Below, piece after piece: positions 23,707-37,745 of a stretch of DNA of 64,000 bases (position 1 is its first letter; each line of letters begins with the position of its first letter). Under the pieces are notes generated by a model. The model worked only from the letters and a program-made list of their open reading frames with translations, was not told the origin of the DNA and ran no database searches. A program made the translations under genes and the position numbers. Origin of the DNA: Mobula hypostoma (Eukaryota). The DNA is taken from contig NW_026948187.1 of assembly GCF_963921235.1 (NCBI RefSeq), positions 7,192,001 to 7,256,000 of the forward strand. The letters run 5' to 3'.

Positions 23707-24413
23707 ATGAGATTCCTCGCCCTTTTTCTGTGTATTATTTTCAACTACCCCAGTAAGTAACTTCCACCTCGAATACTCGACGTTTCAACCAAGGATATCT
23801 TGAATTCCACAATTCTTTAAGATTTACATATCGATCCAATTGCATCATCGGCTGAATATTTGATATTTCAGTACAGTAAAATGTTTATAGGCTTCAAGAG
23901 TAACTTGAGAAATAAATAATGCCTTGGCCAATGTACATCTACATCTAAGCAGGGGCTAGCAAGTAGTCGCGGACCGAATGGACAGCTGCTGCTCTTTTGC
24001 GCGGCCGTCCCTCTGCTTTCCCTCACTCACCCTTCGCTAACCATTTCTTTTCATATCCCTCTCCGGCCCCCCAATGCTCACAGACCGTTCTCTTCTCCCT
24101 TTCTTTGTGCCAGAGGCGAATTCGCAGAAGATCCATCAGACTCCGCAGGCAGTCTCCGCGCCTCCAGGGAAGGAAGTCCAACTGAGTTGCACTCTATCCG
24201 GAGACAGTAGCGATCCATACATGTTCTGTGTACCGACAATACGCGGGAGAGGCTCCACAGTACCTGTTCGAATCGGCTGGCACGAACTTTGTAACTCCAG
24301 ACAAAACCGCGGAGGGATTGATCGCCAAGAGGCCTGAGGAAATGACTTTGAATTTGACAACCGACAATCTCTGAGCCAATCAGTCGGCCCTGTACCTCTG
24401 CGCCTGGAGCTGA
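23707..24413 (+). pseudogene. TRBV: V6: TRBV30-like V pseudogene, family D
   Basis: Leader 23707-23752; V exon 24114-24413. Relative to V12 it has a 1-nt insertion at the W41 codon (TGTGTAC vs TGGTAT), an in-frame TGA in FR3 and a TGA just before the heptamer. Confidence 0.9.
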
Positions 24414-24452
24414 CACAGTGACTGAGAGAAATGGGCCGACGTGACAAAAACC
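24414..24452 (+). other. 23-RSS of V6
   Basis: CACAGTG + 23 nt + ACAAAAACC (consensus). Confidence 0.92.
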
Positions 24453-25074
24453 TCCACCGTCGACAAGGTGGACAGAGCAGGAAATGACGTTAGCTGCTGC
24501 GGTCACGTCACACCCAAAAGTCGTATGGTTGACCGCAGGAGAAATTTCGAAACGGAACAGTACAGGAAATGATGTAAATTAAGCTGAGCCTATCTGCATA
24601 CAGTCCATGTTCCTCCATTCCCTACTCGTTCATGTATCTGTCCATCTGTCTCTTATCACACCCGACACCTCCACCACCACTATCAGCGCGTTACAGGCAG
24701 CACCGCTCTCTGTGTAATGAAACTTGCCCCGCACATCTTGGACAAGAACTGTTCGGAAGGGAAGGAGCTCCTTCCCCAAGGCCGTATGACCACTGACCTC
24801 TTTGCCGTCACCAAGGTCTCATAACACATGAAGCGTCAGTCGCGTTACATTGTTCACTATTTCAACTCGTGTTGTCAATCAGACTCTGTCGTATCTGCCT
24901 TCAACACCACTACCGCTCGCAGCAAATTTGGCTCCCACCACACTCTGTGTTGAAAATGCAAACAACTTGCCCCGCGTGACTCATTTGATCACATCCGCAT
25001 TGCAAGAAGATGTTCATATTGTATCGGATTTATTGACGGAAACGGCACGGTGGGAGGCCTCTCGGGACATGTAA

Positions 25075-25215
25075 TCAGTCCTACCCACCCGAACGTCTTT
25101 AAAATGTAGGAAGCTGTGTGAATGTCTGATCAAACCGGGAGACGCCCAAGAGGTCACGTACAAACTCCGTACAGACAGCCGCGGAATTGAATCGGAGCAC
25201 TGCGACAGCGGCTCG
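25075..25215 (-). mobile_element. tRNA-derived SINE remnant (HE1/V-SINE-like), co-duplicated with the V cassettes
   Basis: Reverse complement resembles ...GTCTGT(A/G)NGGAGTTTG(T/C)ACGT... as recalled for elasmobranch SINEs. Paralogs at ~28440-28560, ~44565-44700 (-) and ~54625-54760 (+). Confidence 0.55.
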
Positions 25216-25493
25216 TTGACCGTAACGCCCCTCTACCGTGCCGGCATATTCTCTTCTCCACTCCCATGTGAGGATACGTTTCTCCAGATCACTGTCCCGT
25301 CATTTGGCAAGATCTCAATGGGTGGTTTTGATCCCCGCACCTCTCGCTAACCTGGAACGATCCCCGCGTTTCCCAGTGCCGCCGGCAGACTTCACAATGA
25401 TGCCTTGTGCGTGCTTTTTAACGAACAAGTGCGTGTTCCGTGAAGCATAGATCAATGGTTCTTACAAAACACCTGCTTCCTGTCGCCGGCGAA

Positions 25494-25532
25494 GGTTTTT
25501 GTCGGGCCCCGGCGTGTCTCTGAGCCACTGTG
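25494..25532 (-). other. 23-RSS of V7
   Basis: Consensus heptamer and nonamer with a 23-nt spacer. Confidence 0.93.
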
Positions 25533-26730
25533 AGCACTCCAGGCGCAGTAGTAGACGGCCGACTGGTCCGGGCGCAGGCTGGTGGAGTTGAGAATGAACG
25601 TGTCTGTATCGGGTCTCCGGGCGGTGAAGCCGTCCACAGTCCCCTCCGGAAATACCATGGTACCCATGGAGTGAAACAGGTACTGGATCTCCCTGCCCGG
25701 ATATTGTCTGTACCAGTAGAGATAATTGCTAGCGCTACCGCCGTCCAGGATGCATTCCAGCTCCACGCTCTCGCCGGGAGATTTGGAGAGAGCCGGCGTG
25801 TCCTGCCGAACAGACTGCGACGTCGTCCCTGGGGAAGGGAACGGGAAACGACGGGTGGTAAGTCAACAGGAATACACGAGTCCATGGGATCTATTGTTAA
25901 CATTATAGGCGCGAACGGGATGTAGGGGAAAACGAGCGAGGTGGTCTGTCTCACAGAGTTCGAGGATTCCGATCAATGATATTTTAATATTCCCAAGGTA
26001 TAAGTACTAAAGAGGACAAAAATATTGATATAGCAATTACTTTGATGTCCCCTTGAACCATTCGGTTCTTGTCCCAAACGGCAGGTCGCTAATCACTACA
26101 GTTTGGCAACGCTGCGACCGCTTTGATCATTTTACAATCAAACAGACCGCGTTTCAGTGTAACATGATCAAGGTGGCCATTGTAAAAACACAAAGAAATT
26201 TAAAACGTATTTTGCGAAAGAGGGTCATTGATACATACGGCATGGAAACTCGTTCATACCGACAGTGTTTACCACCGAGTTCGTCCCATCTACGGGTGTC
26301 CGATCAATAGACCTGTAAACATCTCGAATCCAAGCGCTCCTGTGTAAGTTGTTGAAGTTTAAACATCCCTAATATATCAGCCAATATTTCAGGCAGCTAC
26401 TTCAAACGAACCATTGTCCTCTGATGTCCCCTTTCAATTTTCCCGTCCTGTTCGTCTCCTTGAATAAAGCCGTGTCGTCCCGTTTTAACTCTATACCCAT
26501 AGCCTTATCTTCGACTATCCCGGGAATGAAACCCAACTCGACGCACCATGATCTTGTATCTGGGGCGCGCAGATTACGGCACAATTCTGCTAAACCCTTT
26601 CTGCACTCGTTTCTAGTTAATCATCTTTCCGATAACAGTGACCAAATCTATTTAAGGATTGAAGATTTATTATTATGTTAGATTATTTCTTACGCTGAAG
26701 CAACGGCGACAGGACGAGTAACAGCAACAT
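25533..26730 (-). CDS. TRBV: V7: TRBV30-like V segment, family B, apparently intact
   Basis: Leader 26730-26694; V exon 25828-25533 (LFHSMGTMVFPEG...YYCAWSA). Confidence 0.92.
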
Positions 26731-28853
26731 CCTCTCTCCGTAATCCTTCTCTGTGTTGTGAGAGGTCGCGACTGGGGGAGAAACGCCGCCACAGGAACTC
26801 CGCCCCTTCCGGCCACCTTGCGACCTCCAGTCACCAATCCGGAATACGGAAAATGCTGAAGGAGGCGGGTCAACGCCCGAAACGTCATTTTCAATATCTG
26901 AGCCCTGATCTGCTGAGTTCTTAAAACATTTTGTGTGTTTTGACTCCGATTTCCAGCATCTGCAGAAATTCTCGTGTTGAGGGGTAGTGAACTCAATCTG
27001 CTCCGTATTAGTCAGTAGCCTCCGCAGACATTGAGGAGATTTTCAAAAAGCGTACTGTGGCGACCCACTTTCTGGCAGACACGAACCGGCTCACGAAACA
27101 GCGCCCGCAGGCAGAGTGTCGGCCCCAAAAGGAGCGCCCGGCCATCTTCTCCGGCAGGGGGAAAATCCCGCGCGGGGAAACGGTCTGGGAATATGCATTC
27201 CCCACAGCAGTCCCGTCCCAGGAAGGACGGTAACGGGAAGGCTTTAAAGCAGGCCGCGAAGTTTGAATAAATCTCTTCATCGCAACTCCAACTACAGTAC
27301 AACCGTTGCAGTACCCTTAAAAAGGCAGCATCCATGATCAGCGACCTCCACCACGCAGGGCGGGCGCTCTTCCCATTTCTACCATCAAGGAGCAGGTACA
27401 GGGGCCTTGCGCTGGAAAAGAAAAGTTTGTGTTTTCATGGTATCTACATTTCGCGATTACTTGCACCGACCTAGAGCTATCCCTATAGAATTTCCTATCC
27501 CCGAATGAATAGAGTTCAAATCCCATTTTACCTCTCCAATTAATTGATGCCATCGAGCCCTCGCATCTGTCCCATAAAACCTCTTTCCTCGCGATGTTTC
27601 CAGCTTACTTATGACTTTGCTGTGGAAAGATAAGACTTCAGGTGTCTGTGTGACCTAATTGTTGTGCAGTTGTGGCCTCATACCCGTTGCAACAGCTTCC
27701 TCTGGCAACTCCTTTCACAGCCGGACCATTCCGCGGGTGACAAAGGTGCCCTCGGGTTTCTGTTCAAAGTCTCTCCCCTCTCACCTGAAACCTGGGCCTT
27801 CTTGTTCTCAATTCCCCAACCTTGGGGAGAAAGACTGTGCGTATTCACCCGTATTGCGCCCCTTGTTGTTGTAGACGGTTCTGCAATGTTACCCCTGCTC
27901 TCCAAGGAATAAACTCCCAACCTGCCTTATCTTTCTCCATATCTCAGTGCTTCGGGTCCAGGCAACATCCTCGGATGTCTTCCACTGCAGCTATTTCCAG
28001 CTTAATGGAAATTGTCCTTCAACATGGTGACTAAACTGAACAGAGTACCCCAAGTTCGGCCTCACTAAAGACGTGCAGAGTTGCGACGTGAAACTCCAGC
28101 TTCTGAACGCGGTACCTGGACAGATGGCGGCCTGCGCGCCGATCGCCTCCCTCACTGCCCTGTCAACCTGTGACTCGACAGTTCCGGTCACGTGTACCTA
28201 TTCCCAGAATCCCACTGTTCAACAGCAATTCCTCTTCCCTGTGAAAGCTCGAACCATCTTTTTTAAACTTCCCAATAACTCTGCCCTCTCCTCAACCTTT
28301 CCTCTTTCGACCTGCCCCGTAATTGATGTCCACTCTGATCAAACTATCAAAGTACAAGGATGTTCTTATTTTGTTGATTTTATTGAGGGAAACGTCACGG
28401 TAGCAGGCCTTTCCGGACACGTGATCTATTAACCTCCTGACCGGCACGTATTTGAAATTGATGTAGGTTTGTGAATGTGCGACGAAACCGGACGATGCCC
28501 AGGTGGTCACGTGGAGAACGTGCAAACTCCTTAAAGACAGCCACGGAATTGAATCAAGGCGCTGTAATCGAGTCTCCTTGACGGCTACGCACCTGTACCG
28601 CGCCGGCCTATTCTCTTCACTACTCCCGTGTGAGGATACGTTTCCCCGGATCACTGTCCCGTCATCTGGCAAGTCCTCGATCAGTAGCTTTGATCGCCCC
28701 ACCTGGAGCTAATCTGGAACGATCCCTCTGCTTCTCACTGCCACCGGCAGAATTTCTAATGATGCCTTCCACGTCTTTTAATGAACATGAGGGTGTTCTG
28801 TGCTGCATAGATGAATGATTGTCACATATCACCCACTTCCTGTCTCCTCATCA

Positions 28854-28892
28854 GGTTTTTGTCGGGCCCCGGCGTGTCTCTGAGCCACTGTG
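28854..28892 (-). other. 23-RSS of V8
   Basis: Consensus heptamer and nonamer with a 23-nt spacer. Confidence 0.92.
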
Positions 28893-30185
28893 AGCACTCC
28901 AGGCGCAGTAGTAGACGGCCGAGTGGTCTGGCCGCAGGCTGGCGGAGCTGAGAAGGAAAGTCTTTGTTTCGCGCTTCCGGGCGGTGAAGCCGTCCACAGC
29001 CTCCTGCGTATTTACGGTGTTGGCATACGTAGAATAAAACAGTTGCTGAATCTCCCTACCCGGATATTGTCTGTACCAGCAGAGATAATTGCTAGCGCTC
29101 CGCCGTCCAGGATGCATTTCAGCTCCACGCTCTCGCCGGGAGATTTGGAGAGAGCCGGCGTGTCCTGGCGAACAGACTGCGACGTCGCTCCTGAGGAAGG
29201 TAACGGGAAGTGGAGAGATATCAGTGAACAGGAAGAGCCGAATACGTGGGACCTACTGTTAAAGGGGAAGGACGGTATGTTGGGGAAAACGAACGAGGTG
29301 ATCAGTTTGAGCAGGTTTCGAGGATTCCGCTCAATGATATGAAACACTTAAGAAAATACTAAAATTAGCAATATCTGCGGACTAAAGATCATAAAATGTT
29401 AATATGATAATTATTTCGGCGTTCCTTGAACCATTCTGTTCTTGCCCCTGAATCACTGCAGTTTAACACCGCGACCATCTTGTTGATTTTGCACTAAAAC
29501 AGACTTGGTTTGTCTTAATACTAATTGTCTTATATCTACTACAGTGTCCTGATTAATTAATATTGACGTGATTTTCCCCGTGAATGTTGCTCGTCTCATG
29601 TTCTGTGTCTTTGATGCTGCCGCCGGTAAGTTGGTCAGACACAGTAAACTGGATATTAACTTTGACTTCGGCATGGAAACTGGCCTCTTCGGCAGAACCC
29701 GTCCATGCCGTCACTATTTACAACCGAGACCGTCCCAGCTGACCGTGTCCGGCCAACGGCCCTGTGAACCTCTCCTATCGATGCACTTCTGTACAAGCAG
29801 ATAAAGTTTAAACTTTGTTGATATATCCGCTAGTATTACTGCTGGCTGGTTCCAAGTAACCATCTACGTCTGGTGTCTCCTTTCAATATGTCGTCTCCCA
29901 TTATAAACCCACGCCGCCTCGTTTTAAGCGCCCGTTCCCATCTCGTTTTAACTCCTTGCCCTTATCTTTGGCTTTCCGGAGAATGAAATCCTGCTCGACG
30001 CAACCTGCCCCTGTATCTCTGCGCGCATATCCTGGCAACGTCAGGCTAAATCTTTTCTGCACTCGTTCTAGTCTAGTATCTTTCTGATAGCAGTGACCAG
30101 ACCCGGTTAAGGATTGAAGATTAATTATGATGTTAGATTGTTTCTTACGTTGAAGCAACGGCGCCAGGACGAGTAACAGCAGCAT
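28893..30185 (-). pseudogene. TRBV: V8: family B V pseudogene (1-nt deletion in CDR1)
   Basis: Leader 30185-30149; V exon 29190-28893. GGCGGAGCGCT versus GGCGGTAGCGCT in paralogs shifts the frame at ~29100. Confidence 0.88.
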
Positions 30186-30735
30186 CCTCTCTCCGGAAAC
30201 CTTCTCCGTGTTGTGCGAGCTAGCGACTGGGGAGAAAACGCCGCATCAGGGCCCCGCCCCTTGCGGGCAAATTGCCGCCTGCGGTCACCGTCTGGTGTGG
30301 AGGGGCCAATCGGCAGTATCGGAAAATGCTGAAGAGATGGGAAAAGTCGACTATCTGTTAATTTCCATACCCGCGGCCTGACCTGCTCAGTTCCTACAAC
30401 ATGCGATGTGTGTTGATGCGGATTTCCCGCATCAGCAGAGTTTCTGATGTTTAGACAGTAGTAAACTCAATCAGCTCCGTCATGACTGGTAGCCTCCCCA
30501 TCATCGAGGGCATCTTCAAGGGGCGAACCCTCAAAGAGGCAGAATCTGTCACTCGCGAACCCAGCCAGCCAGGACATGTCCTTTCCGCAGTACTACCATC
30601 GAGGTGGAGGTACTAGAGATGGAAGGCACATACTCAACGATTCAGGAACAGCTTATTCCCCTCCGCCATCGGATTTCTAATCGGAAAATCAAAGAATGAA
30701 CACGATTGGAGCATCTCCCTCTCTTGCTTGCAATA

Positions 30736-30776
<41 letters not shown>

Positions 30777-32199
30777 TCTCTGTTTATGAGTTGATAATTT
30801 GATTTTCCCTTGTTGGATGTCATGATTCCTGTCACTTGCGTGACGTCATAGAGGTCCTGACCCTGTTGCGTGCCAATGGCGTCATTGTCTGTGCACAGAA
30901 CCGATTTACATCGACTTCCGACAGGAACTGAAGTTGAAGAGCATTGGCCAATTCGCCGTGTACCTCTGCGCTAAACACTTGTATTGTGTTAAATACGGTG
31001 TCTCAGTCCAGGACAGTGATCCATACACTCCCGTTTTCAGACACGCAATCTGACTCCCTCCACACCGTTCCTGCACACTCCCCCGCAAAGTCAATCTCCT
31101 TCCACAGATTCCATCAGACACTTCTGGGGTCAGAAATACAGTGAAAACATCCCTCTAAAACATTTATATCCATGCCCCCGCCCAAGGGTATTCTGCGCGT
31201 TGTTATTGTACCTGTCTAAATTACTTCGTTGTTATTGTCTCATCTGCACTCTTAAATCTCTTCCCTATCTCAAAACCGTACTCTCTAGTTCCTGATTTCC
31301 GACACACCCGACCCGGGTACGGGCGTATTCACCCTATCTGAGACCCTCCTGGTTTTATACACCTGTGTAAGATCAACCCTGGCCCCGATCTCTCTCCATA
31401 ACTTAGTCCTTCGAGACCAGGCTGCGTCCTCGTAAATCTCCCTCTGCACTCTATCCAGCTCAGTCGCACCATTCCCTACAGCAGGGCGACCAAACATGTA
31501 CACCTTACTCCAGGTGCCGCCTCACCGACGTCTCGTACAACTGCAAGGTGACCTCCCGACTCCAGTACACAGTGCCCTGACTGACGAGGGCCTGCGTGTA
31601 AACGCCATCCTCGCCGCCCCGTCTACCTGTGACTCCACTTTCCATGAACCTTTTATCTCCTCTCCATGGTCCCTCTGTTCCACAACACTACCCAGTTCTC
31701 CAACATTCACGGTGAAAATCATATCCCATTCTAACTTCCCAAAACTTCTGCCCGTTCCGCCAGCTTCTGTTCTTCTGTCCGGCCCCGTAATTGATGTTCA
31801 CTTCGATGAAACCGTGTCAGTCAGTCTTTGTAATGTACGAAGGTTTGCGAATACGTGGGAAAACCGGAAGAAGCCCACAAGGTCACGGCGGAAATGAATA
31901 CGAGCGCTGTAATATCCTCACCTGACCCGCTACGCTCCTCTACCGTGCCGCCCGGACTCTTTACCACTGCCAAGTGAGGATCTGTTTCCTCAATTCACTG
32001 TCTCCTCATTTGGCAACAGCTCGATAGGTCGTTTCCATCCTCGCACCTCGAGTTAATCTGGAACGATCCCTCTGTTTCTCAGTGTCACCGGCAGACTTGC
32101 TAATGATGCCTTGCACGTGTTTTTCAACAATCTTGTGCGTGTTCAGTGCAATGCAGATCAATGGTTCTCACACATCACCTGCTTCCTGTCGCCTGCGAA

Positions 32200-32238
32200 G
32201 GTTTTTGTCGGGCCCCGGCGTGTCTCTGAGCCACTGTG
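32200..32238 (-). other. 23-RSS of V9
   Basis: Consensus heptamer and nonamer with a 23-nt spacer. Confidence 0.93.
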
Positions 32239-33484
32239 AGCACTCCAGGCGCAGTAGTAGACGGCCGACTGGTCCGGGCGCAGGCTGGTGCAGTTGAGAA
32301 TGATCGTCTTTGCATCGGGTCTCCGGGCGATGAAGCCGTCCACAGCCTCCTCCGGAAATACCGTGGTACCCGTGGAATGAAACAGGTACTGAATCTCCTT
32401 TCCCGGATATTGTCGGTACCAGTAGAGATAATGGCTAGCGCTACCGCCGTCCAGGATGCATTTCAGTTCCACGCTCTCGCCGGGAGATTTGGAGAGAGCC
32501 GGCGTGTCCTGGCGAACGGACTGCGACGTCGCCCCTGGGGAAGGGAACCGCAAGTGGAGAGAGTTAAATGAACGGGAAGACCCGAGACCGTGGGATCTAT
32601 TGCTAAAAGGGAGGACGGGGTGTAGGGGAAAACGAACGAGGTGATCTGTCTGAAACGCTTAAGAGAATGCTGAGAATTAGTAACATCTGCGGACTACATA
32701 CTAATATGATAATTATTTCGATGTTCCTTGAACCATTCTGTTCCTGCCCCTGAATCACTACAGTTTAACACCGAGACCATCTTGTTCATTTTGCACTGAA
32801 CCAGACCTGGTTTGTCTCTATACTAATTGTCTTGTTTCTTATACAAAGTCGTCTATAATTTATATTGACGTTATTTTCCCCGTGAATGTTGCTCGTCTGA
32901 TATTCTGTGCCTTTGATGCTGCCGCCGGTAAGTTGGTCAAACACAATAAACTGGACATTAACTTTGAAATCGCCATGGTAGCGACCCCTTCGGCCGAACC
33001 CGTTCATGTCGTCACTGTTTACAACCGAGACCGACCCACCTGACGGTGTCCGGCCAATCGCCCTGTGAATCTCTCCGATCGATGCACTTCTGTACAAGTA
33101 GATGAAGTTTAAACGTTGTTAATATGGCCGCCTTTCTTTCTGCTAGCCAGTTCCCAGTAACAATCAACCTCTGGTGTCCGCTTTCAGTCTGTCGCTTCCA
33201 GCATAAAGCGGTGCCGTCCCGATTGAAGCGCCCGCTCTCATCCCGTTCTAACTCCATGCACTTAACTTCGACTTTCCCGGGAATGAAATCCTAGTCGACG
33301 CAACCTCCCCTTGTCTCTCTGAGCAAAGATCCTGGGAACTTCAAGAAAATCTTTTCTGCACTCGTTCTAGTTTAGTATCTTTCTGATAACAGTGACCAAA
33401 CTTGGTAAAGGATTGAAGATTTACTATTATGTTAGATTATTTCTTACGCTGAAACAACGGCGCCAGGACGAGTAATAGCAACAT
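32239..33484 (-). CDS. TRBV: V9: TRBV30-like V segment, family B, apparently intact
   Basis: Leader 33484-33448; V exon 32534-32239 (extra Cys in FR3, IILNCTS; ends YYCAWSA). Confidence 0.92.
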
Positions 33485-35617
33485 CCTCCCTCCGGAATCC
33501 CTCTCTGTGTTGTGCGAGGTAGCGACTGGGTAAAAACGCCTCGTCGATGCCCCGCCTATTCCGGGCAAATTGCCGCCTGCAGTCACCGTCTGGTGTGGAG
33601 GGGCCAATCGGCACGATCGGAAAAAGCTGAAGAGGTGGGTCTTGGCTCAAAACATCGACTATCTGCTCATTGCCATATCCGCGCCCTGACCTACTCAGTT
33701 CCTACAACACATGAAGTGTGTTGATTCGGATTTCCAGCACCTGCGGAATGTTTCCTGTTTAGACATGAATGAACTCGGTGAGCATTACCTTCCCCAGCTT
33801 CGAGGAGATCTTCAAGCGGCATATCCTCCTAAACGGGAGAAAGCTGAAAGAGTGGAATGAGCGGAGAAAAGCTGGAAATCCAAGTCGACAGAGTCCGGCT
33901 CGGGCTGGCGTTCTGACGTTATTTTTTCTGCCATGGACCAGTTTCATGAAGCAGGAGTCAATATTGCTGATCAGGGACTTGACTCGGCTGAACTTCGGGC
34001 TGACATGCAAGAGGAGAGCTGTTCTGTCAGACGGGACGTTGGACACAGGAGTTGAAACATTATGTTCCATTTATATAAATCGTTGATGAGGCCACGCTTG
34101 GAGTAATGAGGTGTTTTTGTTTTGTTTTGTTACCCTGTTGTAGGATAAAATGATTAATCCCCAGAGAGTGCAGGGGCGATATCGTAGAGACTCAAGATGC
34201 CCAGTTCCAGGGAGACGAATGCATCCTTGAGGTGTCGGATAACGAGAAGTTTCCATACAGCAATTATTATCATTTTTTCACAACGTTGTAGGACATCGGG
34301 ATTGAACTGGAGAGAAAGAGTGCAGAAAATAGATTGTCAGGACCAGAGGCCCTCAGTTACGGTGAGACGGATGCAGGCTGGGTCCTTATCCTTGACACCT
34401 CTGATAGTGACTGGTGACGGGACAGAAATGCTTAATAAATATGAGAGGCGTATTGTGGACAAGGTGGACGATGGGATTCTTTCCCTACAGGGTAGGAGAG
34501 TAAACAACTAGCGGAACTGGAAGAAGTTCAGCGTGAGAGGGCAAACGTTTAAAAGGGACCCGAGAATGTGACGAGTCTATAGAATGATTTGCCAGGGGAA
34601 GGGGTTCGGGCACTGCCATAACAACGTTGAGGAAGCACATGGAGGGGAGGGCATTAGGAACAGGAAATTTGGATTATTTGTTCGCATGGTTGGGGTAATA
34701 TCTTCCCGTGCCGCTCTGTGACTCACGTGGGGGAGCACGTGGGGTAGAATTAATTTGCTTCATCCATCCGTCCAGCGGAGGGCGATATAACTCCGTACAC
34801 CGGGGCGATCCATGGCTTCTCAAAGGGGGTTTCCATTTGGTTCCTAGCCAGTAGGCCCCTGTCCCTCTGCACATTCTGTCCTTTAGCCAACCGTCCAGAT
34901 ACCATCCAAGAGTCGACAAACTTCTTACCATTCGTAGATTCACAAGGATATAAAGTAGTGCTTCAAGAAAGCGGTATCCATCTCTGAGGACCCTCGCCAC
35001 ACGGAACACCTCCTCTTCTCCTTCCCACCAGCGCAGCGGAGGCACAGGAGCCTGAACAATGAAAGGTCCTTGAGCGAGCTCTTCCGCTCCGCCATCAGAT
35101 GTCTGAAAGATCCCTAAACCCTTAAACACTACTTTGTTATTTTGCTCCCGTCTTACGGCACCTGTATAGTTCAGCTAACTACGACGAGGAAGTTGAAGAG
35201 TGGGTAGATAAATCTGGGTAGAAAGACGAAGCTTGGTTGTGTTGTGGGAAGTGCATACGGTTGTCCTTGCTTACAACGGGCCATTGGTTGGACGCAGAGC
35301 TGGACAGACAAGAGTCGGATATGGTTCAATCAACCAAGACAACGGAAGGATGCGGAAGCCCTGTCACAACCAGGACTCGGCAGCGCCGCAGATTCGATAA
35401 TTGTGCTCGTTGATATGTACAAGTCACATGGCAGCCGCTCGATAGGTAGTTTTCATCCCCGCACCTCGAGTTAATCTGGAGCGATACCACTGTTTCTCAG
35501 TGTCACCGGCAGACTTGCTAATGATGCCTTGTACGTGTTTTTCAACAATCTTGTGCGTGTTCAGTGCAATGCAGATCAATGGTTCTCACACATCACCTGC
35601 TTCCTGTGGCCTGCGAA

Positions 35618-35656
35618 GGTTTTTGTCGGGCCCCGGCGTGTCCCTGAGCCACTGTG
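35618..35656 (-). other. 23-RSS of V10
   Basis: Consensus heptamer and nonamer with a 23-nt spacer. Confidence 0.93.
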
Positions 35657-36568
35657 AGGACTCCAGGCGCAGTAGTAGACGGCCGACTGGTCCGGGCGCA
35701 GGCTGGTGGAGTTGAGAATGAACGTGTTTGCATCGGGTCTCCGGGCGGTGAAGCCGTCCACACCCTCCTCCGGAATTGCCGTGGTACCCACGGAGTAAAA
35801 CAGGTTCTGTATCTCTTTTCCCGGATATTGTCGGTACCAGTAGAGATCATTGCTGGCGCTACCGCCGTCCAGGATGCATTTCAGCTCCACGCTCTCGCCG
35901 GGAGATTTGGAGAGAGCCGGCGTGTCCTGGCGAACGGACTGCGACGTCGCAGCTGAAGAAGGGAACGGGAAGTGAAGAGAATTAAATGAACTGTAAGACC
36001 CGACTACGTGGGATCATTTGTTAAAGGGGAGGACGGGATGTAGGGGAAAACGAACATCATTGAGGGATAGAGAATGGAAACTCGTTCATACCGACACTGT
36101 TTACCGCCGAGCTTGTCCCATCTTCGGATGTCCGGTCAAAAGACCTGTAAACCTCCCTAATCCAAGAACTCATGTGCAAGCAGATGAAGTTTAAACTTCC
36201 CTAATATGTCGGCCAGTATTTCAGGCAGCTACTTCGAACGAGTCATCATCCGCTGGTATCCGCTATAATTATTCCTCTCCAATAATAAACCCGTTCCGTC
36301 CCGTTTTAAGTACCCGTTCCCCTCCCACTTTAACTCCATCCCTTATCTTCGGCTCCTCGGGAATCAAATCCTAGTCAAAGGATCCTCTCCTTGTATCTGG
36401 GGCACGCAGAGACTGGCAAAATACTGCGAAAACTTCCCCGCACTCGTTCTAGTTTAACATCTTTCCAATAGCAAACTGGCCGAACCTAACTAAGGATTAA
36501 AGATTAATTATTGAGTTGGATTGTTTCTTACGTTGAAGCAACGGCGCCAGGACGAGTAACAGCAGCAT
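35657..36568 (-). CDS. TRBV: V10: TRBV30-like V segment, family B, apparently intact
   Basis: Leader 36568-36532; V exon 35952-35657 (LFYSVGTTAIPEEG...YYCAWSP). Confidence 0.92.
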
Positions 36569-37680
36569 CCTCTCTCCGGAAACCTTCTCTGCGTTGTGAG
36601 AGGTAGCGACTGGGGGTAAAACGCCGCATCAGGGCCGCGCCCCTTCCGGGCACATTGCTGCCTGCGTCACCAATCCGGAACACGGGAAATGCGGAAGGAG
36701 GTGGGTCAACGTCCGAAACAACATTTCTACATCTGCGCCCTGACCTACTGTAATTTATCATATATTTGATCTATTGCACAATGAATTTTACGACAGGTAC
36801 CATTGACAGTAACCTGGTTTCCAGTTCTTATAATGATTCGCCAACCCTCCCCTTGAGATTGGCGGCCTGGCCGCCTGGAGACCAGGGGCTGGAGTTGTAG
36901 GAGGATCAGAGGGTCACGTCTCTCTCTCAGAGGGAGGCATCTGGAGCGTGGTATCAGCGGAGAAGACCTGTAAATGCAAGTCCGTATAGTTGGCTCCGGG
37001 CTGGATTTCCAACCTTTTTTTTCCATGTCATGGAACAATTTCATGAAGTGAGGGGTCGGTGGTCGCCGTCAGTAGTTGATATCGCTGATTAAGGACCAGT
37101 TTGGGCTGTCTTTGCGGGTTCGCATCCAGAGCGGCAGAGCAGGTCTGTCATCCCGGAATTTCCGGAATTTGAAACCAGGAGTTAAAACATGGAGCGGAGG
37201 GCATTGAAAACATGAATTTTGGGTTAGTTAGTTAACCAGTGTCTGTCCCCTGCTGCTCTATTTCATTACTGGGGGAGCACGTGGAATATAAATATTTTAT
37301 TTTATCCATCCGTCCAGCGGAGGGCGCTATCGCACCATATACCAGGTAATAAAGGACATCCGCGGCTTCTCAAAGGGGATTTCTAATTGGTCCTTATCCA
37401 GTGGGTACCTGTCCCTCAACGCATTCTCTCCCTCAATCAAAAATTTCTCGACACTTGAGCAAAGCACAGCAAAGTTATAATGCGGGCTTGCATTCCGCCT
37501 TCGCTCAGGACAGTGGACTGACTCCCAGGACGAGCGGAAATTGATTTATATTTAGGTACTCCTTTCAGACGCGGTGTTCAGACCTCGTTTCCTGTGTAAG
37601 AGTTTTTGCCAAGCGTGTGTTTTATATGTTCCCTGAGAATACTGATCGCATTATAGTCGCGCCTCTCTCTCTCTCAATCT

Positions 37681-37745
<65 letters not shown>

